A stretch of 32,000 bases of DNA from Pyrolobus fumarii 1A (GCF_000223395.1 NC_015931.1:1500001-1532000); one strand, 5' to 3'. Counted from the first letter of the stretch, positions 15,618 to 23,695 are shown. Translations and numbers: made by a program. The notes: a model not told the origin generated them from the letters alone.

Positions 15618-15685
15618 CGAGAACCAAGGGCGCCGAGGAGAAGTGGCCGGTGAGGATTAGCGGGGGATCGCCGAGGCTGCCCTGA
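15604..15685 (+). ncRNA. Tandem C-box-like/kink-turn element upstream of purT (C/D-like sRNA or 5' leader structure)
   Basis: GUGACGA (15614-20), 12 nt, CCGA (15633-36), 13 nt, GUGAGGA (15650-56), 14 nt, CCGA (15671-74), then CUGA (15682-85). The inner unit folds as a K-turn hairpin: GUGGCC 15643-48 / GGCUGC 15675-80, bulge GGU, tandem G.A pairs. Confidence 0.3.
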
Positions 15686-15733
15686 GGGAAAGAGACTCTA
15701 GGAGGGCCTCACTGTTCGCCTCGCGGGGGCCTC

Positions 15734-16969
15734 TTGGGCGTACCCGAGCCTCTGGATGCCATACCCACCCCGTTATACTCTAGGCGTCCGGTTAAGATAC
15801 TCCTGCTTGGCGGCGGCGAGCTAGGCAAGGAGGTCGCGATTGAAGCCCAGCGTCTTGGCTTCGAGGTTGTGGTTGTTGATCGTTATGACTGGGCCCCAGC
15901 TATGCATGTTGCCCATAGACGGTATGTGGTTAGTCTCCTTGACTGTGGCGCGATCAAGGCCATAGTAAGGCGTGAAGAGCCCACCGCAATTATACCGGAG
16001 ATCGAGGCGGTATGCGTAGACGCTCTCATAGAGCTAGAGGAGGAAGGGTACAATATCGTGCCAAACGCAAAGGCCGTGGCGATCGCCATGAACCGTATCG
16101 AGCTTAGAAGGTTTGCCGCTGAGAAACTAGGGTTACCCACCACCAGGTACGCTTTCGCGGAGAACGAAGACGAGGCCTACGAGGCTTGCGAGAAAGTGGG
16201 ATACCCGTGTCTACTTAAACCCGAAATGAGCAGCAGCGGTCATGGCCATGTGAAGGTCAATGTAAGTGATAAGAAGAGAGTCGCCGAAGCTTATCGTTAC
16301 GCGGTGAGCCATGCTAGAGGCGCCTCTAGGCGAGTCATTGTCGAGGAGTACGTGCAGCTCGAGACCGAGTTTACAGTGCTAGCTTACCGTTATGTAAGTG
16401 GTGATGGGAGAGTAGAGACTGATGCACTGCCTCCTGTTGAGCACTGGAGGTACGGTGAGTTCCACTACATAGAATCATGGCAGCCGTCCGAAAGGCCGAG
16501 CGAGCTGCTAGAGCGGGCCGTGGAGATTGGTAAGCGTGTGGCTGATGCGCTGGGAGGCGTAGGCGTGTTTGGCGTTGAACTCCTCTACACAAAGGATGGT
16601 AGGCTCTTGTTCAGTGAGGTGGCGCCGCGTCCACACGACACCGGGTTAGTCACGCTAAAGAGTATGGAGTTGAGCGAGTTTGCTATACACGCTAGAGCGT
16701 CGGTTGGGCTACCGGTGCCGAGGCCTAAGCTTGTAACACCGGCTGCAAGCTACGCCGTATACACCGACCTTGAGGGCATCTGGGCTCCAAAGGTACATGG
16801 GGTGTACGGTGCGCTGAGTATACAGGGTGTAGACATACGTGTATTCGGTAAGCCAGTCACGTACAAGGGTAGAAGGATGGCTGTTGTGCTGGCCACAGGA
16901 TTGACGGTAAGCGAGGCTAGGGAAAAAGCTAGAAAAGCGGCACAAATGTTACGCGTTGCGCCAGGCTAA
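15734..16969 (+). CDS. purT: Formate-dependent phosphoribosylglycinamide formyltransferase (GAR transformylase 2)
   Basis: N-terminal ILLLGGGELGKEVAIEAQRLGFEVVVVDRY..APAMHVAH plus an ATP-grasp core (LKPEMSSSGHG, FGVELL). Length 411 aa. TTG start. Confidence 0.9.
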   Translation: MGVPEPLDAIPTPLYSRRPVKILLLGGGELGKEVAIEAQRLGFEVVVVDRYDWAPAMHVAHRRYVVSLLDCGAIKAIVRREEPTAIIPEIEAVCVDALIELEEEGYNIVPNAKAVAIAMNRIELRRFAAEKLGLPTTRYAFAENEDEAYEACEKVGYPCLLKPEMSSSGHGHVKVNVSDKKRVAEAYRYAVSHARGASRRVIVEEYVQLETEFTVLAYRYVSGDGRVETDALPPVEHWRYGEFHYIESWQPSERPSELLERAVEIGKRVADALGGVGVFGVELLYTKDGRLLFSEVAPRPHDTGLVTLKSMELSEFAIHARASVGLPVPRPKLVTPAASYAVYTDLEGIWAPKVHGVYGALSIQGVDIRVFGKPVTYKGRRMAVVLATGLTVSEAREKARKAAQMLRVAPG

Positions 16970-16998
16970 TTTGTGTAACACTATGCTCACAGCTAGAA

Positions 16999-17811
16999 TC
17001 ACTTATCGTTTCTAGTCTGCCTCTTCCCCAAGAACTCATCTAGCGTGCGAAACGGGGGACCCGCACCTCTAGACCCGCTCTTCGCCCCTCTCTTGACATC
17101 TTCGGATGTATCTTGTTGCCTAGTCTCGCTTATAGCGGAATGCAGTTGTTCACCCTGTTGCTCTGCTTCAATGAACGTCCTAACCACGCTGTCGATAAAC
17201 GAGTCGCGAACCGGCTCGTATACATACTTGTAGAACCTGGAGGGGCTCTTCAAGACCTCTACTGGAAACCTCCTAACATACTCTAATGCGGCTCTCCACG
17301 CGACGTCGAACGGGATGCCAACAGCCTCAAAACTCTTGGCCACCTGCTTATCAAAATCTTCTGGGCGTTGCTCCTTTCCACCCATCTCAAACCAACCATT
17401 CCTACCTACCGGGACAGCCTCCATACCATCAAAGAGTATAGCCCAGCGCTTGCCACGATCGTCGACAACTACCAGAGGCTCCCTCCTTCTCCCCGCACCT
17501 TCGCCCATGAAAGCCTCTAGCCCGCTTGACTCCCCCCTCCTTACACGCTCCATGACTTCTCGCACCTTCTGAGGCACCGCGTCTCTCCTCTTGAGGTGAT
17601 AATGGCCTGTTGACGGGCCATAGTACTTGGCCCATGCGTAGAAGATTGCGCGGTTTAGACCGAAGCTCTTCGCCTTATCCATGTCGCCGTAGAGCAGGTA
17701 GTAACGAGCAGCCTGCAACAAAGCCATAACATGAAACCTGCCGATCCTAGCGTTCTTCGGTATGCGGATTCTTCGCTCTGCTTTGCCCTGGTGCTGCATA
17801 GGTACCCACAC
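16999..17811 (-). CDS. Hypothetical protein
   Basis: 270-aa ORF with normal composition and a charged C-terminal tail. No motif recognised. Confidence 0.55.
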   Translation of the reverse strand: MWVPMQHQGKAERRIRIPKNARIGRFHVMALLQAARYYLLYGDMDKAKSFGLNRAIFYAWAKYYGPSTGHYHLKRRDAVPQKVREVMERVRRGESSGLEAFMGEGAGRRREPLVVVDDRGKRWAILFDGMEAVPVGRNGWFEMGGKEQRPEDFDKQVAKSFEAVGIPFDVAWRAALEYVRRFPVEVLKSPSRFYKYVYEPVRDSFIDSVVRTFIEAEQQGEQLHSAISETRQQDTSEDVKRGAKSGSRGAGPPFRTLDEFLGKRQTRNDK

Positions 17812-17995
17812 TGTGTTAGTGCAGACGATACGCCCCTATACGGTTACGAGGCGTATTAGATACTCTCAACGGTTGCCGGTGCCCCTAGATACCCATGAGT
17901 GCCTGCTCTTAGGTTAAAGGTCCATGATGGTGTCAGATTAACCTCAAGAGCTGCGCTCAACAATGTTTTAACATGTTAAGTGGGGTGAGAAGGAG

Positions 17996-19006
17996 ATGGT
18001 CCCCACAGTAGCTAACGTGATGGAGGATAAGAGGCTGCCAATCATTTCGGCTGACCAGAGTCTACGCAAGGCTGCCGAGGTGATGTTGGAGAATCGCGTG
18101 TTGGGCACTATAACGCTCGATGCGCTGCGTAGGCCAGAGCTGGTATTGAGCTACCGCAGGCTTGTGAGGGCGGTGGCGGCAGGCGTTGACATCGACAAGG
18201 CGACGGTAGCTGAGCAAGCTGTGCTGAAGCCCGTCACTGTACGCACGACGGATAGCATAACAGAGGCGCTTAACATAATGAGAAAGAGGGGGGTTCGCTT
18301 CCTACCCGTTGTTGACGAGACTGGCGAGGTAAAGGGGGTGCTGGAGCCTAGGTTCGCGGCATACGCCCTATGGTCAAGGCTCTCATATGGACTTGCTCGT
18401 GTAGAACCAGTGTCTAGGAGGATAGTCGTTCTTCCGGAGGACGCGTCGCTACGCGCGGCCGCCAAGGCTATGGACGAGACGGGTGCCATGGAGGTGTTCG
18501 TGAAGCGTGGTGACGAGATAACTGTGTTGAGAGAGTGGGACTTTCTAGAGGCGCTTATCAAGGGAGGGCCGGAAGCCAAGATCGGTGACTATGCAAAGGG
18601 AGAGATAATCTATGTGCCTCCGGGCTTCGACTCGAAAGCAGCTGTTGAGCTAATGCATGAGAATGACGTAACCAGGCTTATCGTTAAGAAGGATGGGGAG
18701 CTGACGACGATCACGTTGACGGATCTGGCGTTCCAGGCTATGGACTACTTGGCGTACATGGGGGAGCGCGTGAAAGGAGTAGTCCTGGTCAACGTCGAGA
18801 CTGGGCGCGAGCACGAGGTTGCTGAGAGGATAATGGCGGTGCCGGGCGTGAAGGAAGTGCTCATGGCAACTGGGCCTTTCGACCTCATAGTGCTCCTGGA
18901 GGCTAGTAGTACAAGCGAACTCTTCAAGATAGTGAGTGAGGGTATACGCAGTCTACGCGCGGTAAAGTCCACGCAGACACTAGTTGCGACTCGGGTATTG
19001 CACTAA
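17996..19006 (+). CDS. CBS-domain protein (two CBS pairs) fused to a C-terminal Lrp/AsnC-type RAM ligand-binding domain, no HTH
   Basis: Repeated CBS-like units (e.g. VRTTDSITEALNIMRKRGVRFLPVVDETGEVKGVL). The C-terminus VKGVVLVNVETGREHEVAERIMAVPGVKEVLMATGPFDLIVLLEASS matches the AsnC/RAM fold pattern. Confidence 0.75.
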   Translation: MVPTVANVMEDKRLPIISADQSLRKAAEVMLENRVLGTITLDALRRPELVLSYRRLVRAVAAGVDIDKATVAEQAVLKPVTVRTTDSITEALNIMRKRGVRFLPVVDETGEVKGVLEPRFAAYALWSRLSYGLARVEPVSRRIVVLPEDASLRAAAKAMDETGAMEVFVKRGDEITVLREWDFLEALIKGGPEAKIGDYAKGEIIYVPPGFDSKAAVELMHENDVTRLIVKKDGELTTITLTDLAFQAMDYLAYMGERVKGVVLVNVETGREHEVAERIMAVPGVKEVLMATGPFDLIVLLEASSTSELFKIVSEGIRSLRAVKSTQTLVATRVLH

Positions 19007-19114
19007 CATACAGAGGACGATAACCGGCGTCAACTTTAGTCTAAAACTATCCGGTCATGTGCCCAGCTCTTTTTGTGTACACGTCTTACAACTCCGCTTG
19101 TGGTGCTGTAACGC

Positions 19115-20602
19115 TTGACGCGCCTAGTTTCGATATCCACCACGTCTACCACTCTATACGATGCTATCGCTATAATCACTAACGGGCCTATACCTCAGCG
19201 CCTAAGCCTACCCCGCGAGGCACATGCACCGATAGAATTGGGCGACTTTCGGGGTAGGCTTGAAGAAGTGCGCATGGCATACATGCCAGGTAAGCCGCCG
19301 CGCGTCATATACGCGGGTGTTGATGCAGAGTGGCCGCCCGAGCTTATAGAGAGGCTACGGATGGCCGTAGCATCGGCCGTTAGTTATGCCCGCGGGTATC
19401 GAGGCATCTCGCGTTTAGCTGTAGCGGTTGCAGATGGCCTCGTGGAGAGAGCTACTAGTGGCGACCGTGGTGTAGAGTGGGTCTATGAGCAGCTTGTCGT
19501 CGCGGCTGATATGGCAAACTATGTCTACACGCAGAAGTCGCGAGGCATCGCACCCCACGTTATTGAGGAGGTGGGGTTCGTCGATGCTCCCGAACGAAGC
19601 CTAGAAACTGGGCGCATAATAGCAGAGGCGGTGCGCGTTGCACGCGACTTTGCAAACGCTCCGTCCTCCGAGATGAACCCTGAAGGCGTAGAGAGGCTGG
19701 CCGCTAAGCTCGCTAGCGAGTATGGGCTTAGACTCCGCGTATTGAGAGCCAGAGAGCTAGAAGAGCATGGCATGAACGGCATACTTGCTGTTGGTAGGGG
19801 TAGCAGCGTAGAACCACGCCTCGTTATACTCGAGTACAACGGAGGGCCTAGGAGTATAGCGATAGTGGGCAAGACGGTAACTTTCGACTCCGGCGGTCTC
19901 TTCCTAAAATCCTCGGATAGCATGCTTGACATGAAGTATGATAAGAGCGGGGGTGGCATTGCGCTAGGTGCTATACTCGCTGCGGCTAGGCTACAGCTCC
20001 CAGTGACAGTCTATGCACTCCTGCCGGCTGTGGAGAATATGCCCGGGGGCTCTGCATACAAGCCACGAGACGTACTCAAGATGTATGGTGGCTATAGCGT
20101 CGAGGTGTTGAGCACAGATGCGGAGGGCAGGCTAACGCTAGCCGATGCATTGTCATACGCTGCTCGTGAACTAAAGGCGGATATACTCGTGGATGTTGCG
20201 ACACTAACTGGTGCAGCGGTAGTCGCGCTAGGCAATCACGCTGCAGCACTCTTCTCCAACAATGACAGGCTGGCGGAAGTCTTCGAGAGGCTTGCAAGGT
20301 TCACCGGGGAGTATGTGTGGAGAATGCCGTTGTGGCCGGTGTACGAGAGGCAACTTGAATCTACAGTAGCGGATATGGCGAACACGGGAGGCAGGCCAGG
20401 CGCGGCTATAGTCGCGGCAAAGTTCCTGGAGAAGTTCGTTGACGATAAGCCGTGGTTGCACCTTGATATAGCGGGTGTTGCTTGGGTGCAGGACCGCGGC
20501 CCTAAGAAACCATACTATGAGAGCGGGGCTACAGCGTGGGGCTTACGGGCCATAATAGAACTGTTGAGAGACGTGGCGCGCGGCGCGACGGTTATAGACT
20601 AA
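19115..20602 (+). CDS. pepA: Leucyl aminopeptidase, peptidase family M17
   Basis: VGKTVTFDSGGLFLK, MKYDKSGGG and STDAEGRLTLADAL are M17 signatures. The start is TTG, so the N-terminus is uncertain. Confidence 0.9.
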   Translation: MTRLVSISTTSTTLYDAIAIITNGPIPQRLSLPREAHAPIELGDFRGRLEEVRMAYMPGKPPRVIYAGVDAEWPPELIERLRMAVASAVSYARGYRGISRLAVAVADGLVERATSGDRGVEWVYEQLVVAADMANYVYTQKSRGIAPHVIEEVGFVDAPERSLETGRIIAEAVRVARDFANAPSSEMNPEGVERLAAKLASEYGLRLRVLRARELEEHGMNGILAVGRGSSVEPRLVILEYNGGPRSIAIVGKTVTFDSGGLFLKSSDSMLDMKYDKSGGGIALGAILAAARLQLPVTVYALLPAVENMPGGSAYKPRDVLKMYGGYSVEVLSTDAEGRLTLADALSYAARELKADILVDVATLTGAAVVALGNHAAALFSNNDRLAEVFERLARFTGEYVWRMPLWPVYERQLESTVADMANTGGRPGAAIVAAKFLEKFVDDKPWLHLDIAGVAWVQDRGPKKPYYESGATAWGLRAIIELLRDVARGATVID

Positions 20603-20612
20603 ATCCGGTCGA

Positions 20613-21137
20613 TCATGAGGTGTAAACTATGCGTGCTTCTTTCACATCGGTGTTGTATTTCGTAACTATCTTCACTGTGGCGCTCCTAGGCTGGCCTGCC
20701 AGTATGTCTTGTAGAACGGATTGTGTAAGCGGCACGACAGTGTAGTTCAGCACGCCTGGATACACAGTGATACGTGGCGGCGGGGACAGGATGGAACAAC
20801 CGAGGGCGTCGCCGGTTATATTCGGATAAACTAGCATGTCATTAACGTACACGCTTTCCACGTCAAGGGGTTTTGCACTTGCAGTTAGCAACATGCGTAT
20901 CTCTCCACACCCCTTTGTGACGTTCACGTATATGTAAGCGGATGCTATGTACGCGCCTGCAATGGCTGACGCTTCGGCCTCCTCTACGTTCCTCTCCGCA
21001 ACCCTAGTCAGCCCTACAGCCTGAGAGAGGAATGCAAGATACACCGCGAATCCCACAGCAGAGACTATTAGCAGCAAAAGAAGCACAGATACAATCTCGC
21101 TAACACCGCGTAACGTCATGGTCTCGGTCGTCCTCAC
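20613..21137 (-). CDS. Archaeal type IV pilin-like protein (class III signal peptide)
   Basis: N-terminus (M)TLRG/VSEIVSVLLLLLIVSAVGFAVYL has a short charged n-region, an RG cleavage-type motif and then a long hydrophobic helix. The globular part is beta-rich with sequons. Confidence 0.6.
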   Translation of the reverse strand: MRTTETMTLRGVSEIVSVLLLLLIVSAVGFAVYLAFLSQAVGLTRVAERNVEEAEASAIAGAYIASAYIYVNVTKGCGEIRMLLTASAKPLDVESVYVNDMLVYPNITGDALGCSILSPPPRITVYPGVLNYTVVPLTQSVLQDILAGQPRSATVKIVTKYNTDVKEARIVYTS

Positions 21138-21185
21138 TAAGCTCGCCTAGTTAAAAGATGGTGTAGAGCACCAGTTAATAGCGGT

Positions 21186-21260
21186 GAAGGGGGCCGATGA
21201 AGAGAAGCGGGTTTGCTTAGCAAACGCTGTGACGATTCACGCCGGCCCCCGAGGCCCCGC
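21186..21260 (+). ncRNA. Candidate small structured RNA upstream of tRNA-Ile
   Basis: GGGGGCCG (21189-96) / CGGCCCCC (21243-50). Internal perfect hairpin GUUUGC-UUA-GCAAAC. C-like boxes CCGAUGA (21194-200) and GUGACGA (21229-35), the latter followed 13 nt later by CCGA (21249-52). Confidence 0.25.
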
Positions 21261-21310
21261 AAACCAGAAATAACCCTCGGTAGCCGCAACACCATTTACA
21301 CGGAGAACGT

Positions 21311-21387
21311 GGGCCCGTAGCTCAGCCTGGTAGAGCGCCCGGCTGATAACCGGGAGGTCGGGGGTTCAAATCCCCCCGGGCCCACCA
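21311..21387 (+). tRNA. tRNA-Ile (anticodon GAU), CCA encoded
   Basis: Cloverleaf read by hand. Acceptor GGGCCCG/CGGGCCC. Anticodon stem CCCGG/CCGGG with loop CUGAUAA (anticodon 21345-47). T arm GGGGG-UUCAAAU-CCCCC. Discriminator A, then CCA. Confidence 0.95.
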
Positions 21388-21673
21388 CTCCTTCTCACAG
21401 CATGATGACTATCCCCGTCCAAAGTATGATTGAATGTCAATGGTGTTCGTACCTGCCTATGGTGCATCTCTTAAGGTTGGTTAGCTAGCTGAACTAGCGT
21501 GGCACATCGCGATATGACAACGTCGGGCACGTGTGTATCCAAGGATTCCAAGAAGGCTAAGCTAGTGAACCTGAGTCTTTTTCTCTCGGGCAAGCATGTA
21601 ACATGCGTGGTGCTTGGGGCGGTTCGTGGAATGACGATTGTGTAGAACTTGTTTGTGCGTTTCGAGGAGAGGA

Positions 21674-21807
21674 GGCGGCCCGATCCCGGCTTGGGGGGGC
21701 TGCGGAGCCTCGCGGACTCCACAGCCGCCCCCAACGCGGCCGGCTTAACTTCCGGGTTCGATATGGGCCCGGGTGTTGCCCGGCCGCTATGGCCGGGTCG
21801 GGCCGCC
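21674..21807 (-). rRNA. rrf: 5S ribosomal RNA (stand-alone gene)
   Basis: The minus strand reads GCCCGACCCGGCCAUAGCGGCCGGGCAACACCCGGGCCCAUAUCGAACCCGGAAGUUAAGCCGGCCGCGUUGGGGG...CCGCAGCCCCCCCAAGCCGGGAUCGGGC. It carries the universal CGAACCCGGAAGUUAAGCC block and paired termini. The ends are approximate to within a few nt. Confidence 0.9.
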
Positions 21808-21834
21808 GTTTTCCACCCTGGGGAAGGCAAGGAG

Positions 21835-21841
21835 TTAAAAA
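21835..21841 (-). promoter_or_regulatory. TATA-like box (TTTTTAA on the minus strand) for 5S rRNA
   Basis: AT-rich heptamer about 28-34 nt upstream of the 5S helix I start, within otherwise GC-rich DNA. Confidence 0.4.
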
Positions 21842-21983
21842 CATTGCTGTATATGAGTGTATGGAGAGTGTCTTGGTGGATGTTTCTTTTGGTTCGTTCA
21901 TGGCTGGGTATGATATCCGGGTATCACTGGAGTGTGGCGGGTTAGGTTGTGGAGGGTCGCCTTACCCGGTTTAGGCTAGGTCT

Positions 21984-22790
21984 TTGACAGTAATAGTGGG
22001 GCTGAGTGTGGCACAGCGACTGTCTATCGGCGTTAAGGAGAGGGTGCTGGAGTTTCTAGCGAGATATGGCGAGCGAGGATATGCGGTGCTGCGTGCTGCC
22101 GTGGAGGCTACTCTAGGCTCTAATGGGCGTCATGGTGTAAGGCTAGGCGACTTTAACTATCGCGAGGTTGTCGCGAAGCTTAGGAGTTACGGTCTCGAGT
22201 ATAACCCTAGCAACCTCTTGTCTATACTAGAGCGCGAGTATGCCGTTATAGAGACGAGCTACAAGAGTAGCAATCAGCACTGGTGGCGCTTCCTAGACTT
22301 AGAGGCTGTGATAGAGGCGCTTGACGAGTACGAGCGTGGTGCTAGTCCGCAGCCACCTCAGAACGGTGATGTGGAGGGTGGTGTCGAGGAGCCTGTAGAA
22401 GCGGATGCTGGCATGTCAAGCGTAGCGGGCTTGGATATCGGGGGTGAGATAGACGATCCGCAGCTAGAGGTTGTACGTGCTCAAATAGCTGCGTTGGACC
22501 CCCAGGGCCTCCTAAGAACTCTGCGTATGCTTGCGAGTAAACCGAGGCTTACGAGCCAGGATAGGAGGCTATTCGCTAAGATAGCGTTTGAGGATCTCGA
22601 GATGGTCGCCTCTGTGCTAGAAAAGGCGCGAATGTACCCGGACGTATTCGCCGAGGAGATCAGGATGTTGGAGTCTGTGTTGCGTCTCGCCTCGCTAGTT
22701 GCGCGGAAGTTGATGAGCGGGGGTAGCTCTGGTTCCGTGGCTAGAGTAGGAATAAGGGAGAGACTCGCTCCTAGGCTGACGGGGCGATGA
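21984..22790 (+). CDS. Hypothetical protein (N-terminal winged-helix-like region, acidic linker, helical C-terminal half)
   Basis: 268-aa ORF with normal composition. No catalytic motif recognised. TTG start. Confidence 0.55.
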   Translation: MTVIVGLSVAQRLSIGVKERVLEFLARYGERGYAVLRAAVEATLGSNGRHGVRLGDFNYREVVAKLRSYGLEYNPSNLLSILEREYAVIETSYKSSNQHWWRFLDLEAVIEALDEYERGASPQPPQNGDVEGGVEEPVEADAGMSSVAGLDIGGEIDDPQLEVVRAQIAALDPQGLLRTLRMLASKPRLTSQDRRLFAKIAFEDLEMVASVLEKARMYPDVFAEEIRMLESVLRLASLVARKLMSGGSSGSVARVGIRERLAPRLTGR

Positions 22791-22841
22791 CGTGATGGCT
22801 TAGTGCTGATTGGTGACGAGGAGCGGTCGGCGCGAGCCCCG
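22780..22841 (+). ncRNA. Candidate box C/D sRNA overlapping the stop codon of the 21984-22790 ORF
   Basis: 6-bp terminal stem CGGGGC (22780-85) / GCCCCG (22836-41). C GCGAUGA (22784-90), 15 nt, D' CUGA (22806-09), 3 nt, C' GUGACGA (22813-19), 12 nt, D GCGA (22832-35). Total about 60 nt. Confidence 0.35.
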
Positions 22842-22953
22842 CAATACCAGTGATATAGGTCGGTGGGGGTAGGAGATTCTAACGGGCGGGCAGTCCACCC
22901 GCCAGACGCCCCGGTAGTCCCGGGTTGGGATGAGGGCGGGGTCCGCCTGAGCC

Positions 22954-23211
22954 GTGGTACTCGCACTCATTGGTAACGACGTTGAGGATATTGTAGATGC
23001 TTGTAGGAGTGTTGGGGAGGTGTTCAACCATCTGGCGGGTTGTGCTGCCGTGCGTGATGTTCGTAGCCTCGTTGTGGCTCTGGAGGTGTTGGCTTTAGGG
23101 AGTGGTGAGCGGTTAGTAGTTGTTGTGCGCGCAGATAAGGCGAGGGTGATGAGCGATCTCCCTCTACGTGTAGACGGGTCTATCTCTCTGTTCGTGTTAC
23201 CTCTTGAGTAA
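22954..23211 (+). CDS. Possible small hypothetical protein
   Basis: 85-aa ORF with a GTG start and plausible composition. No other support. Confidence 0.3.
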   Translation: MVLALIGNDVEDIVDACRSVGEVFNHLAGCAAVRDVRSLVVALEVLALGSGERLVVVVRADKARVMSDLPLRVDGSISLFVLPLE

Positions 23212-23245
23212 GGGAGACCCCGATGAGACCCTATTATCTTGCAGC

Positions 23246-23638
23246 TTAGTCTGTTGGCAGTGAAGGCCCCCGCAGCCTAAGAATGCCGCTTTGCTTGCCC
23301 GCCTCTATAAGCCAGCCTGCGAGTATCCTTGCGACCCTCCTAGCTGCGGTCTCAGCGTCTAGCTCTACGCCATAGGTGGCTCTTGCTGCTGCCATGGCGG
23401 CCTCGCGGTCAACGCGTGGGAGAAACTCCTCGGTGAGTATCGATAGCAGCTTTTCTAGCGTCATGCTGGTATGCTCCTCTACTAGTCGCCTTAGTTTTTC
23501 GAAGTCCTCTCTGCGTAGCAGCGCGTTGTCAAGGTTGCGGCCACGTCTTCTGAGCTCGTCCCAGTAGCGGTAGAGAAGCGTGTAGTCTCCTACTATGCTG
23601 CCGTCTCCGAGTAAGGGTGGGGTAGGCTTCTCGCTCAC
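23246..23638 (-). CDS. Hypothetical protein
   Basis: 130-aa helical, Arg/Glu-rich ORF. No motif recognised. Confidence 0.5.
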   Translation of the reverse strand: MSEKPTPPLLGDGSIVGDYTLLYRYWDELRRRGRNLDNALLRREDFEKLRRLVEEHTSMTLEKLLSILTEEFLPRVDREAAMAAARATYGVELDAETAARRVARILAGWLIEAGKQSGILRLRGPSLPTD

Positions 23639-23695
23639 GACTACCCTCTATCATACGTTGGGACGTTAGCGCTAAAATCGGTGTTCCTAGCCTCC

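Noticed and set aside
15601-15733. Purine riboswitch upstream of purT
   Set aside because: The purine riboswitch three-way junction and its conserved loops are not recognisable. The structure is better described as K-turn units.
21745-21770. tRNA-like T-arm sequence CCGGGTTCGATATGGGCCCGG
   Set aside because: It is the reverse complement of the conserved 5S rRNA block (CCCAUAUCGAACCCGG), not a tRNA fragment.
21471-21974. Four overlapping 98-123-aa ORFs on both strands
   Set aside because: They are fully explained by the GC-rich 5S rRNA gene and its flanks. The translations are Gly/Arg/Pro/Ala-rich nonsense.
22929-22952. Second half-unit C/D motif (GGGAUGA-13 nt-CUGA)
   Set aside because: Only one box pair is present, there is no terminal stem and it overlaps a possible ORF start. 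It is too weak to list as a feature.
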